Source of the DNA: Candidatus Latescibacterota bacterium
Lineage (GTDB): Bacteria; Latescibacterota; UBA2968; SICM01
Direction: 5' to 3'
Assembly: GCA_965217865.1 (NCBI GenBank)
Contig: CBDCJO010000002.1
Location: 5,216,001 to 5,280,000 of the forward strand
Length of the DNA stretch: 64,000 nucleotides
In this document: positions 1-10,088 of the stretch, one piece after another
Position numbering within the stretch: position 1 is the stretch's first letter
How the letters are laid out: the number at the start of each line of letters is the position of its first letter
The notes under the pieces: generated by a model
Database searches by the model: none
The model's input: the letters and a program-made list of their open reading frames with translations, nothing else
What the model was told of the DNA's origin: nothing
Translations under genes and position numbers: made by a program

Positions 1-26
1 GGTTCTGGATAATCGAGCCATGCAAT

Positions 27-69
27 TAATAATAACGCTTGACAATATTAACGCCATGCGTTATTATTA
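27..69 (+). promoter_or_regulatory. sigma70 promoter of higBA with overlapping inverted-repeat operator
   Basis: TTGACA (39-44), 17 bp, TATTAT (62-67). 12-bp inverted repeat TAATAATAACGC (27-38) / GCGTTATTATTA (58-69) and a nested TAACGC-cat-GCGTTA (49-63). Confidence 0.8.
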
Positions 70-72
70 TTC

Positions 73-354
73 ATGATCAAATCATTTAACGATCGTGAAG
101 CGGAAAGAATATTCGATCGTCATAAATCCCGAAAATTACCGGGTGCTTTGGGGCGCTCCGCACTGAAGAAGTTGTTGCTCCTGGATGCAGCCGAATCCAT
201 TCAGGATCTCAAGGCCCCTCCTGGAAATCGGTTAGAGCGGCTTTCTGGCGATCGAAAGGGTCAATACAGCATTCGCATAAACGATCAATTGCGGTTGTGT
301 TTTAAGTGGAGTGAAGGTCACGCGGCCGAAGTTGAGATCGTCGATTATCACTAG
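73..354 (+). CDS. higB: HigB (RelE-like) toxin
   Basis: 93 aa; MIKSF...PPGNRLERLSGDRKGQYSIRINDQLRLCFKW...VEIVDYH, a typical HigB signature; toxin precedes antitoxin. Confidence 0.93.
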   Translation: MIKSFNDREAERIFDRHKSRKLPGALGRSALKKLLLLDAAESIQDLKAPPGNRLERLSGDRKGQYSIRINDQLRLCFKWSEGHAAEVEIVDYH

Positions 355-363
355 GAGAACGAC

Positions 364-669
364 ATGCCTGGAAAAAAGAACCCCCCTATTCACCCGGGAG
401 AAATCTTGTTCGAGGAGTTTCTGGAGCCTCTGGGACTAAGTCAATATCGCCTGGCAAAGGATATTTCCGTACCCCCGCGCCGGATAAATGAGATCGTTCA
501 CCGCAAACGCGCTATTTCTGCCGATACTGCTCTTCGCCTCGCGAGGTATTTTAGAACTACGGATCGCTTCTGGTTGAATCTGCAAGCTCGTTATGATATT
601 GAGCTTGAAAAGGACCGTCTGGGATCGAGGTTGGTAAATGAAGTTCAGATTTTCGAGACAGCAAGCTGA
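364..669 (+). CDS. higA: HigA antitoxin (XRE HTH)
   Basis: PIHPGEILFEEFL...ISADTALRLARYF...FWLNLQARYD; RBS AGGAG upstream. Confidence 0.93.
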   Translation: MPGKKNPPIHPGEILFEEFLEPLGLSQYRLAKDISVPPRRINEIVHRKRAISADTALRLARYFRTTDRFWLNLQARYDIELEKDRLGSRLVNEVQIFETAS

Positions 670-748
670 ATTAGAGAAAAAAACTACCCGAGTGGTTTTA
701 GGAAATTCCACGCGGGTTCGTTAGTTGGATCAGGAAAACTGCGAAAAG

Positions 749-1447
749 TTAATTTCTGAATGTCATCGTGATCATCATGCCTTTCGACAGCGGCACGGGT
801 AGAATGCTGATCCTTTCAGATCCGGCGCGTGAAATCGATCGTCCTACCACGATCCCGATCGCGGATCCTGCGATCACGTCGGATAAGTAATGACGATTAC
901 CTTCCATTCGGGCACCGGCCACCAGCACGCTCCACGCATAGAATGGAATGCCCACCCGTGGACCGAAATGTGAATTCAGCACCCCCGCGATCGCAAACGC
1001 ATTGGCAGTATGTCCCGAGGGAAACGAGAGTCGGTTGCTCCCGTCGGGACGGTATCTGCGGGATGCGTGTTTGATCGGACCAACCAGCAATTGGGTGTAG
1101 ACCAGCGCGCGGAGGAGGTCCGAAGAAACGGCTTCTAGTTTGGGCCGATTCAAGGCCTTTGAAAACAGCCAGAGCCCCAGGGCCGCAGGCAGATTGAAAG
1201 TGCTTGATCCATACGCGTTTGAAGGATCGGCCGTCAATTCGAAAACCGATAGCCGTTCGACCTCTCCAACCAGATCATCGTCCCATCGATGTGCGATTCC
1301 CGCAAAACCCATTCCCGTTGTGACGATAGCTGTGTTTTCCCAGGTTATCAAGTTCTTAAAATCCCGCTTGATCCCGCCTGTGTCCGCCTCGACACCTGGC
1401 GCTGAAAACAGCCACAACCCTGCCCAGACGTAACACAGTCTCTTCAT
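749..1447 (-). CDS. PAP2-family phosphatase with signal peptide
   Basis: K...RYRPDG...SFPSGHT and R...HYLSDV catalytic motifs. Confidence 0.85.
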   Translation of the reverse strand: MKRLCYVWAGLWLFSAPGVEADTGGIKRDFKNLITWENTAIVTTGMGFAGIAHRWDDDLVGEVERLSVFELTADPSNAYGSSTFNLPAALGLWLFSKALNRPKLEAVSSDLLRALVYTQLLVGPIKHASRRYRPDGSNRLSFPSGHTANAFAIAGVLNSHFGPRVGIPFYAWSVLVAGARMEGNRHYLSDVIAGSAIGIVVGRSISRAGSERISILPVPLSKGMMITMTFRN

Positions 1448-1478
1448 AACTTTCCCTCGGATCAGAAAACTTCAAAAA

Positions 1479-1585
1479 AAGAGATCCTTCGCGCACAAGG
1501 CCTCGCGTCAGATCGGAACTTCGGATCCTTCGACTACGGCCCCTGAAGGGGCCTCCGCTCAGGACAGGCCGCGCTCAGGATGACA
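1479..1585. repeat. REP-like palindromic cluster (TCCTGAGC...GTCGAAGGA family)
   Basis: GATCCTTCG...GCTCAGGA units; related copies at ~7149, ~34562, ~40771 and ~49795. Confidence 0.65.
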
Positions 1586-1622
1586 TCCAAGTCACGGGAT
1601 ATTGGGTTGATTTCAAAGCAAC

Positions 1623-2168
1623 CTAATCATTACGAACCTTTCCAGTTCCAGCATCGACTTTAACTTCTTTGATATCTCCTTCCGAATCGATAATCTCTAT
1701 GCTATAGTGTAGATGACCGATTTCTCGTTCCAGCTCAGCTTCGACGGCGTTCCCCGGATTTGCCGCGATAGCCGCTTTCAGGGCATCTTCGAGAGAGACT
1801 ATCTGCTGCCGGAACAAGTGTAGTTCTTCTTCATCCTCGTTTTCTCGCTCGTTCTTCAGTATGCTAGCGTTTCCCGCATCGATGGTGGCTTCAGTCCTGT
1901 TCCCCCCACCGGTCGAGAGCTCGACCTCATAGACCAGATATCCTTCTTCGACTTCCAGTTCCGCTTCAACAGGCCTTCCCTTGAATCCGGATGAGGCGAT
2001 TTCGATAGCCTTTAATATGGGGATGCCCGTCAATTTATGGAAATGAATTTTCGGGGTTTGACGGATCGGGATAGAACCGTGTAATTCGTGGGCTTGCGGT
2101 GATACGGCAAGAAACATTGTCAGGAACAGGGTGGGGATAAGCAGGTTTGCGAAGGGAATATGTTTCAT
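1623..2168 (-). CDS. Secreted protein with two PepSY domains
   Basis: Signal peptide from MKHIPF (ATG 2168); twin EAELE...YEVE/YSIE...IDAGN/VDAGTG repeats. Confidence 0.85.
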   Translation of the reverse strand: MKHIPFANLLIPTLFLTMFLAVSPQAHELHGSIPIRQTPKIHFHKLTGIPILKAIEIASSGFKGRPVEAELEVEEGYLVYEVELSTGGGNRTEATIDAGNASILKNERENEDEEELHLFRQQIVSLEDALKAAIAANPGNAVEAELEREIGHLHYSIEIIDSEGDIKEVKVDAGTGKVRND

Positions 2169-2193
2169 GTAGATCATAATATAGTCAATTTCA

Positions 2194-4596
2194 TCAAAAA
2201 ATTCCACTCCAGCTAAGACCTATCGAAGGCAGGACAATAAACCATGTTTCGACGTCTCTGTGGAGGAAAAAATCACCATTGATGTTCTGTGCTTTGAAAT
2301 AGTCGTATCCCAGGACGTTCTTGTGATTCGTGAGGTTCACGACTTCAAAGAAGAATCGCAGATCCCCGCGAGATGTTGAAACCCTCCTGGTCACACGGGC
2401 ATCCATTCGGTGGTAGTTGGGCAACCTGTGACCGTATAGCTTGAGCGGTTTTATGGCGAAATCCTCTTCGCCATCCTCTCCTGTGACATCGATCATTTCT
2501 TCCCGAGTGGCGGGCCACCCGGTGTGGAAGGAGTAGGACGTATTGATAGACCATGCCCTGGATGGGCGAAATGTGCAGTCAAGATTCAGCGCATGGCGTT
2601 GATCCTGCGGACTGGCATGCTCTCTGTTAAATTCTAATATTGTCGGGTCGTTGAGATGATCGATCCGGCTCGTTTGTTCATCCACGAATGAAAGTCCGTA
2701 GCTTCCCCTAATTGAAAACACCCTTCCCATATTCTGGGTATAATATGCTTCTATCCCTTTGGAAGTGGTGTTATCGGGATAGACAAGAATTCGGTCTTCG
2801 TCTGTTTCAGGAAAGACATCAATTGATCCTTTCCAGTTTCTGTATTTCGGCCTGAGGTTCGACCCTCGTTTGTAATATCCCTCTATGCGCAGCCTTGCGT
2901 CGTTGAGGAATAGCTGTTCGAAGCCCCCGGTCCATTGCTTGGAAAGCTCGGATGGGGCATAGTTATCATGACCGTTTAACACGGTTACGTCTTCAATGCC
3001 TTGCATTTGACGGTAGTATCCCCAACCGAACCTAAAGTTTGTTCTTTGCGCCAGTTTAATCAGTGCATTTACACGCGGACTAAAATCGCTGTCTTTCGTG
3101 TAGGATCCTCGATCATAGCGCATCCCGAGTTCCAACGTGACAGGATCAATTATTTGAAATCGATTGGCGAGATATAAACCCAGGGTTGTGCCGCTTTTCT
3201 TTAATCTCGAACTGCTTTCAATCGGGTAGTAGGCCAGCGAGTCCGCCGAAGGGTCGTCCGGGTTCTTTCCGACGATGTTGGTGAATATATCGTCCGCATC
3301 AACACTTCTAAAATCGAAACCCGACTCCAGAAATATCGAATTGGAAAGTTCATACATCCAATCCTGCTTAAACCCAAAACTTGAAAAATCGCGCTTATTC
3401 TTCAACTCATAAACCGGATCCGGAAGACCGACACCCTGTTCGAAACCATCTCGGGTTTTGTTGACCAGGCCGGCCGAAGCCATGCTCGTGACGGCCATCC
3501 GATTGCCCAAGGCTGATTTCAGGGTGACCCAGGCGTATGAATTTCCATACTTGTTATTCGCGAATTCCGTGGTTTTTATCGTGTCCTGGAATCCGGTGGT
3601 CCCCTTTGCGTTATAGGTGTATTTATCCCTGGCGTGAAGGACGTTGAACGAGAGTGTATGGCGGGGGTTGAACTGATAGTGGATTTTCGAGAAGATGTCA
3701 TAATAGACGGGGGAGGGAAGGTCACCCTGATTCATGATGTTGAATACGAGATCCAGGTATCCCCTGCGGGCGGAGAGAAACCACGCACCTTTGTCATTCG
3801 AAAAAGTCCCTTCGGTCATCGCCCGGGCATTCATTAAACTTAGTCCAGCACTGAATTTTGTGCCGTCGGGATTCGGTTCCCTCGAGTCGATATTGAAGAT
3901 GCCGCTGAGCCTGTTGCCGTATTCCGCTGGAAATCCACCCGTCATCAACTCAACGCCTTCGATGGCCTCAACATCGATGATGCTGATGGCTCCTTCATTG
4001 AAATCCTTTAGGTGGTAGGGTTCGTAGATTTCCAATCCATCGATCATGATGAGGGTCTCATCGTACCGGCCGCCTCGAATCGAGAAATGTGCGGAATAGT
4101 CCCCTGAAGACAGGCCGGGTAATCGATTCACGGCGCGGAATATATCTTCGCCGAATTGAGGGACGGATTCGATGTCATCCCGGGACATGGTCTGCCGGGT
4201 TGAAGGGCTCGATTCCATGAAGGAAAAGGAACCTGGGGTTACGGTGATTTCCTTGAGTTGATATACTTTGGTTGTCATGAACAGGTTGAGGTCCAAATCC
4301 GTGTGACCGTCTATCAGAAGGTCTTTGCGAATCAGTTCTTCATATCCCACCCGACTCGCTCGAAGGATGTAAGTCCCGGTGGGGACTCCATTGATCGTAA
4401 AACGTCCATCCCGATCGGTTTCACCCCCCAGCTGCGTGCCGCGTAATGCCACGCTTACCAGACTGACGGGCTTTATGGAATCCGCATCCAGGATGCGCCC
4501 GTGAATATTCACCGATTCCTGCGCGAATCCTGCTGTGTGAAAAAGGCAGATCGCCATGCCTGCGAGAATCCCGAAGGGCCTGATAAACCGAATCAT
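2194..4596 (-). CDS. TonB-dependent receptor with N-terminal carboxypeptidase-regulatory-like domain
   Basis: Likely start ATG 4596 after AAGGAGG; TDRDGRFTI domain, plug (NRLPGL, SIRGG, GGFPAEYG), beta-barrel ending in F. Confidence 0.88.
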   Translation of the reverse strand: MIRFIRPFGILAGMAICLFHTAGFAQESVNIHGRILDADSIKPVSLVSVALRGTQLGGETDRDGRFTINGVPTGTYILRASRVGYEELIRKDLLIDGHTDLDLNLFMTTKVYQLKEITVTPGSFSFMESSPSTRQTMSRDDIESVPQFGEDIFRAVNRLPGLSSGDYSAHFSIRGGRYDETLIMIDGLEIYEPYHLKDFNEGAISIIDVEAIEGVELMTGGFPAEYGNRLSGIFNIDSREPNPDGTKFSAGLSLMNARAMTEGTFSNDKGAWFLSARRGYLDLVFNIMNQGDLPSPVYYDIFSKIHYQFNPRHTLSFNVLHARDKYTYNAKGTTGFQDTIKTTEFANNKYGNSYAWVTLKSALGNRMAVTSMASAGLVNKTRDGFEQGVGLPDPVYELKNKRDFSSFGFKQDWMYELSNSIFLESGFDFRSVDADDIFTNIVGKNPDDPSADSLAYYPIESSSRLKKSGTTLGLYLANRFQIIDPVTLELGMRYDRGSYTKDSDFSPRVNALIKLAQRTNFRFGWGYYRQMQGIEDVTVLNGHDNYAPSELSKQWTGGFEQLFLNDARLRIEGYYKRGSNLRPKYRNWKGSIDVFPETDEDRILVYPDNTTSKGIEAYYTQNMGRVFSIRGSYGLSFVDEQTSRIDHLNDPTILEFNREHASPQDQRHALNLDCTFRPSRAWSINTSYSFHTGWPATREEMIDVTGEDGEEDFAIKPLKLYGHRLPNYHRMDARVTRRVSTSRGDLRFFFEVVNLTNHKNVLGYDYFKAQNINGDFFLHRDVETWFIVLPSIGLSWSGIF

Positions 4597-4708
4597 TTTC
4601 GACCTCCTTTTTGGATGGGGACGCACAAACTTCTGTGTTTCCATTCGCATTCTCCCGGAGCTGAACAATCTCCGTCGAAAACTTTTCAACGAAATATAGG
4701 AGCCGAAG

Positions 4709-4745
4709 ATTAAAGGGACATTAAGCCAATATTAAATTGCTTTAA
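4709..4745. promoter_or_regulatory. Tandem ATTAA direct repeats, putative OmpR/PhoB-family binding site
   Basis: ATTAA at 4709, 4720 and 4731, TTTAA at 4741 (about 11-bp period), between the divergent receptor and two-component operons. Confidence 0.55.
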
Positions 4746-4827
4746 CCTTTGCGTTTTAAAGCACACTTGAGATTTATCTTGGTTATCTTTTAGGTTCCCG
4801 AGGGGTTCTCATTCAGAGGTTGTTGAC

Positions 4828-5502
4828 ATGCGGATATTGTTGATCGAAGACGATGTGAAAGTAGCGGCATTTCTCGTCAAAGGATTGACGGAGAATGGAT
4901 ATGCCGTGGATGTTTGCAACGACGGTAGGGCGGGATTAGACGTTTTCGAAACCGAATCCTTCGACCTGGTGATCGTCGACTGGATGCTGCCCGAAATGGA
5001 CGGTATTGCGGTCTGCAAGGAGATCCGAAAGAGGTCCGCCCGCATACCCATCATGTTTTTAACGGTCAAAGATTCAGTTGCGGACAAGGTCACGGGATTC
5101 GACGCCGGCGCGGACGACTACGTCATGAAGCCATTTTCATTTTTGGAACTGCTTGCACGTATAAGGGCCCTCCTGCGAAGACGGCACGCTGCGGTCGAAA
5201 AGTTAGAGGTTGACGATCTGGAGATGAATGTTGCGGAGCGGACGGTGAACAGAGGTGGGGAGAGGATAGATCTTTCGAATAAGGAGTTTTCGATCCTGGA
5301 GTATTTCCTGCGGAACCGGAACCGTCTGATCACCCGGGCGGCGTTAGCAGATCATGTATGGAATATCAATTTTGACCGGGGATCGAACGTCATCGATGTC
5401 TACATCAACTACTTGCGAAAGAAACTGAATTGCGGGTCGCAAAGGCCTCTTGTGCATACGGTTCGGGGAGCCGGGTACATTTTGAAGGGACCTGAGGGAT
5501 GA
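4828..5502 (+). CDS. OmpR/CusR-family response regulator
   Basis: ILLIEDD, DWMLP, GADDYVMKPF, NVIDVYINYLRKK, TVRGAGY. Confidence 0.93.
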   Translation: MRILLIEDDVKVAAFLVKGLTENGYAVDVCNDGRAGLDVFETESFDLVIVDWMLPEMDGIAVCKEIRKRSARIPIMFLTVKDSVADKVTGFDAGADDYVMKPFSFLELLARIRALLRRRHAAVEKLEVDDLEMNVAERTVNRGGERIDLSNKEFSILEYFLRNRNRLITRAALADHVWNINFDRGSNVIDVYINYLRKKLNCGSQRPLVHTVRGAGYILKGPEG

Positions 5503-6907
5503 AACTTAGTCTAAGGACGAAACTCGTCGTGGCTTTTGTCTTAATGGGCCTGACGGTGCTCGGGGTGAGCTCTGGGGTGTATTATGTCTCGTTCGAACGG
5601 TCGGCTCTGGAGGAAGTGGAAATCGACCTGCTAGAAGACGCGCATGAATTCGCGCTGACCATCCTGTACAGCGATGGGATCGTTTCCGTTATCGATCACC
5701 ACGAATGGGACGACGCGGATGACGAATATGTCGTAGCGACAGACGCCCAATTCAATACGATCAAAAAGAGCCCGAACTTGGGGAACCTGGAGTTGCAGCG
5801 GTTATTTGATTTTCAACCCGTGAACGATCCGCAGACGATTCGCGTTGATGTCGATGCGGTGGAACTGATGTGTGTCGTGCTTCCGGTCAAACGAGATGAT
5901 TCGGTTGTTGCTTATATACTCGTGACAACCAGTGTGGAGCAGGTGACCGAGTACGTCGATATCTTGAAGGACAGTATTCTGATTTCCCTGATCTTTCTGG
6001 TTCTTTTCGGAATAGGCGCGGCCTATTTGTTTGCGAACAGAATGGTTCGGCCGGTGTTATCGATCCAACGTGCGGTCGGAAAAATTGAACTGGAGAACCT
6101 GGACCAACGGATCGAACTGATGCGGGGGGATACGGAACTGGATAGCCTGGTCGATACCCTGAACAGTCTGTTCGAGCGATTGGAGAAATCATATAACCAG
6201 ATCAACGATTTCTCCGCAAACGTGGCGCACGAGCTGCACACGCCGCTTACCATTCTGAGGGGGAATATCGAGGTTGCTCTGACCAGGGACAGGCATCGGG
6301 ACGAATATGTTGAAATTCTTTCCGATCTTCTGGAAGAGACCCTGCACATTATTCACCTCGTGGACAGTATGCTGTTACTCGCACGGGGGGATACATCGTC
6401 CCTGTCGATTCACGAAACCTCCATCGATTTGGAGCGGTTCTGCGGGGAGCACTCGGGAGACTGGGAGGCCCTCTGTTCTTTGAAGAACCAAATACTGAGG
6501 TTCGACATCGGAGCCCCCCGCTCCATCGTTGGAGACAAACACCTTCTTTCTCAACTATTCCTCAATCTCGTATCAAATGCCTCGAAGTTCTCGAAAGACG
6601 GACAATTGATCGATATCGAGATTCGGGAGAAGGAGAGGGCCTTTAATGGGAATGACGGGGTTCAGATTACGGTTAAGGATGAAGGCATCGGTGTCCCTGC
6701 AAAGGATCAGGCAAAGGTGTTCGAGAGATTTTTCCGGATCCAGAAGGACCGATCCCGTCAAACCGGGGGGCAGGCCTGGGACTTTCGATCTGCGGGATGA
6801 TTGCGAGATTGCACGGGGGGACGATCAGCCTGACCAGCGAAGTAGGGAAGGGAACGTCCGTCAGGGTCACGCTTCCTGTTCGGGATGGAGTCAGGGAAGG
6901 AAAGTGA
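5499..6907 (+). CDS. HAMP sensor histidine kinase, frameshifted in a G6 tract in the G2 box
   Basis: H-box AHELHTPL, N-box [10 protein letters not shown]1 DEGIG. Adding one G at 6765-6770 restores [39 protein letters not shown] to TGA at 6905-6907. Confidence 0.88.
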
Positions 6908-6914
6908 AGAACCA

Positions 6915-7046
6915 AAATTGAAGATCGAAGATTGTAGCGAGATCCATAAGGACATGGGAAAGTCCTGAATTTATCAAATATTCAAATTTCCGATATTCAA
7001 TATTTAATGAAGTTGGGAGGGTGGTACCGAGCTTTCGAGGCGAGGG
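6915..7046 (-). repeat. TTGAATA/TTCAATC heptamer-based interspersed element
   Basis: Reverse complement CCCTCGCCTCG...CAACTTCATTAAATATTGAATATCGG matches the copies at 31236-31516. Confidence 0.7.
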
Positions 7047-7357
7047 AGCACGAGGCGGTCCAAAAATAATAGCGCCTTCAGGATCGAGGTGGTTGCGAGC
7101 GAAGCAAAGCCAGCGACCGCTAAGGGAATCATAAACCATAATGAACACATCCTGAGCGGAGTTCCGCGGTTTTTGCGGAACGCAGTCGAAGGACGGGGAT
7201 AGGATGGGAAGTCCGCCTGCGGCGGACTTTGTATACGTAGCGCGGGAATTCATTCCCGCGCGGATTGGATACCTACGAATCACCTGCCAAGTTCGTTAAC
7301 TCCCTTGTAATGCCCTGAGGACAAGATAAGTAGGTCCTGAGCTAGCAAAAACAACGG

Positions 7358-7393
7358 AACCCCGGCGGAAAGTTTTCCCCGCGGGGTTTTTTT
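7358..7393 (+). terminator. Rho-independent terminator-like hairpin
   Basis: AACCCCG...CGGGGTTTTTTT. Confidence 0.6.
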
Positions 7394-7497
7394 ATTGGAA
7401 GACGAGGTGCGATAAAGTTTTCAATCGGGCAGGCTCATTCGAAAGCTTCTTTCAATCGAAAATCTCAAAACCTCGACACGAATGAGAGTGCATGTCC

Positions 7498-7513
7498 TGG
7501 CATCGTCTTTGCA
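7498..7513 (+). promoter_or_regulatory. sigma54 (-24/-12) promoter
   Basis: TGGCAT-CGTCT-TTGCA with exact consensus spacing. Confidence 0.65.
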
Positions 7514-7606
7514 TATGCTTGCGCAGACCCTTTTCGGCGCGCGTGTGGTAACGGTTCCCTGTTATCGTCCCGAACAGCTTCGGGATCTTTTGCGGGTCCG
7601 GATGCC

Positions 7607-8482
7607 TTGCAGGCAAGCCCCTATTCCTGTTTGTTCTTGGGAAGGCCCGTAGGGAAGGGGGGGAGGATCCATTTTATTGACGAGATTTCAAACGACGGGG
7701 ATGGCACGAAGAGGCACAACACATTCGTAGCTCACGGGTTCGACAGCTTTCGGGATTGCATTCTGTTGTTAAACAATCATTCCAGTGTATCGGGATGGTT
7801 TCCTGTCGGCGCGGTTGGAGAACGACTCCCGGGGAAAAGAGCCTATGAGATCCGGGTCCCCTCGAATTGCGAAATGCCGTCGAGAGAGGTTCTCGCAAAA
7901 CTGCTGCTGGACAGGGTCAGGAGCAACTTCGAGACATCGGGCCGGGCCTATCCTGTCGGAATGAAGATGTTAACCCACAGGAATCCCCCGCCGGCCGGGA
8001 CAATCTGCGGGCCCGTCGGGATTCGGGCTTTTGCGGATGCTCAAGTTTCCTATCTCAGTGGACACGGTCGATCAATCTGGGAAGGGAATCTGTGGGCCTG
8101 CAAGCGGATTCTTTTGATGATTCAGGAACGGGGCATTTTCTGTTCGGTTTTAAAGGAAATGCTGGAAAGTTCGAATGATCTACCGGAATTGCAAAGCCTG
8201 TCTGAAGCCTGGGATAACCTCGAAAAGTCATGGCGGATCGCCGCCAAACTGGGGACAAGGGTCCACGAGACCGGCGACAAAGATTTGGTTAATAGAATCC
8301 AGGAGCGATTTCATCACATCGCGGAAGAAGAGGAAAGATTTCTGCTCCGGCTGAAAGGATACTTGAAGAATGACCTTGCGCGCTCAAGGGGTTCAGAACA
8401 CTCTCGTCGGAGGGGCTCTCGGTTTGTCCCTTTGCGGGTCTTTCATCCTGCGGAGGCCACAATCGAAGACCGGTCAGCTTAG
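7607..8482 (+). CDS. Hypothetical protein, possibly BtrH-like/DUF4872-type; 5' end uncertain
   Basis: H-T-F-V-A-H-G-F-D (papain-like His-Asp strand) and a helical C-terminus GIRAFA...ERGIF...IAEEEE; weak recognition only. Confidence 0.4.
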   Translation: MQASPYSCLFLGRPVGKGGRIHFIDEISNDGDGTKRHNTFVAHGFDSFRDCILLLNNHSSVSGWFPVGAVGERLPGKRAYEIRVPSNCEMPSREVLAKLLLDRVRSNFETSGRAYPVGMKMLTHRNPPPAGTICGPVGIRAFADAQVSYLSGHGRSIWEGNLWACKRILLMIQERGIFCSVLKEMLESSNDLPELQSLSEAWDNLEKSWRIAAKLGTRVHETGDKDLVNRIQERFHHIAEEEERFLLRLKGYLKNDLARSRGSEHSRRRGSRFVPLRVFHPAEATIEDRSA

Positions 8483-8485
8483 GTT

Positions 8486-8990
8486 ATGGGACGACAAGCC
8501 TCGGAAGATGACGCCTCGTACGAATTCAAGGGTCCCGGATTCAGGTTCGTTAGGTTTTTCCTTCTATCGATAGTCCTTATTCTGGTCGGAATCGGAGCTC
8601 TTGTCATTATCCTGAGCTGGCATCTTGGTATGGATGTCACGGTCCAGGGAAAAGGATCGATCGAACCCCGAGTTCGGCATCAAGTCAAGGCCTCGATCGC
8701 GGGTATGATTTCGGGGATCCACGTGAGGCAAGGGCAGAAAGTTGCAGAGGGGGACAACCTGGTCACCCTGGATGACACGGAACTGCGGGCTGAACTGGAA
8801 AAGGTGAACAAAGAAGTAGAAGTTAATCAAAGCCGCAGAGTTGAGATCGAGAATCGGATCAAGCGGGAGCAGCGGCTCCTCGAGGCAGAAGTCGAGGGGG
8901 CCCGGATGGAACTGGAAAACGCGGCTCTCCGGATGGAGCAGGTACGTCGGGAACACGCGCTTTATGATTCTTTGTATCCGCCCTCGGCCG
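8486..8990 (+). pseudogene. HlyD-type membrane fusion protein, N-terminal half only
   Basis: TM helix, VQGKGSIEP...IAGMISGIHVRQGQKVAEGDNLVTLD lipoyl half and coiled coil; similarity ends at the G8 run (~8990). Confidence 0.75.
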
Positions 8991-8994
8991 GGGG

Positions 8995-9897
8995 GGGAGC
9001 TACATGGCCTTCTCGGCCTATGTCGGATATCTCTACGGCCCGATAGAGTCGTTGATCGGTCTGGTTCCGCAGATTCAGGTGACGCTTGTCCGTAGCAATC
9101 GGTTCTTCGAGATATATGACTTGAAGCCGGAGATTCGGGACCTTCCCGGCAGGCCGGTTTTAAGAAAGGTTCGCGGAGAGATCGAGGTTCACGATGTAGG
9201 CTTTGCCTATATCGACCGGAACTGGGTCCTTAGAAATATCGACTTTGTAATTCCGGCCCGATCCACGATCGCACTTGTGGGGAAGAGCGGGTCCGGAAAG
9301 TCCACGTTAGCTAAGCTGATTCCCAGGTTCTATGATCCTCATGAGGGGTTCGTCTCTATCGACGGGCAGGACATCAGACGATTTCGACTGCGGTCTCTTC
9401 GAACGCAGATCGGGTTTGCGATGCAGGGGAGCACGCTGTTCCAGGGAGATATTCTTGAGAATCTGACTTTCGGACAGGAGATCCCGATGAGCGACGTGGA
9501 GGATGCAGCCCGGTCCGCTTACATCCACGACTATGTTACCTCCCTTCCGGATGGATATCGCACACGGGTCGGTGAACAGGGGGCACAGCTCTCGGCCGGG
9601 CAGAAGCAGCGGATCGGCCTGGCCAGGGTTCTGCTGATGGACACACCGATCCTGATACTGGACGAACCGACGGCTGCCCTGGATGTGGAGTCGGAGCACT
9701 GCATCCAAGAAGCCCTGAAGACGGTCCGGCAGGGAAGGACCACCCTGATCATCGCGCACCGGCTACGAACGATTCAGGGGGCCGACGAGATCGTTGTCCT
9801 GGAGGAGGGGGGGATCGCGGAGCAAGGAACACACGACCTGCTCATGGTGAAGGGAGGGGTGTACGCAAACATGCAGGAGCGGATGGCGAGTATGTAA
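8995..9897 (+). pseudogene. ABC exporter (MsbA/peptide-exporter type), last TM helix plus NBD only
   Basis: GSYMAFSAYVGYLYGPI (TM6), Walker A GKSGSGKST, signature LSAGQKQR, Walker B ILILDE; the first five TM helices are missing. Confidence 0.8.
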
Positions 9898-10088
9898 AGG
9901 TGGACTTGGAATAGTTAAGGGATTAGATTATTCGGATCTTGAAAAGATCTCAATGAAAGTTTCACTTGCCTTCCCAGGTTGTGAAAGAAAAACCAATCGA
10001 GTCATTCTGATCGTTAGCGGGATCGCCTTCTTCCTGGGCATCCTCCGAAGCACCCTCAGTACCCGCTTCCCCTGTCTCGTCGGGTTGC

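Noticed and set aside
7010-7045. GGGTGGTACCG resembles a T-box antiterminator
   Set aside because: It is part of the interspersed repeat also found at 31374, with no Stem I, following terminator or amino-acid gene.
7050-7393. Structured intergenic region as a possible ncRNA (6S, SRP, tmRNA)
   Set aside because: Most of the structure is explained by stacked REP-like palindromes and a terminator; no diagnostic motifs recognised.
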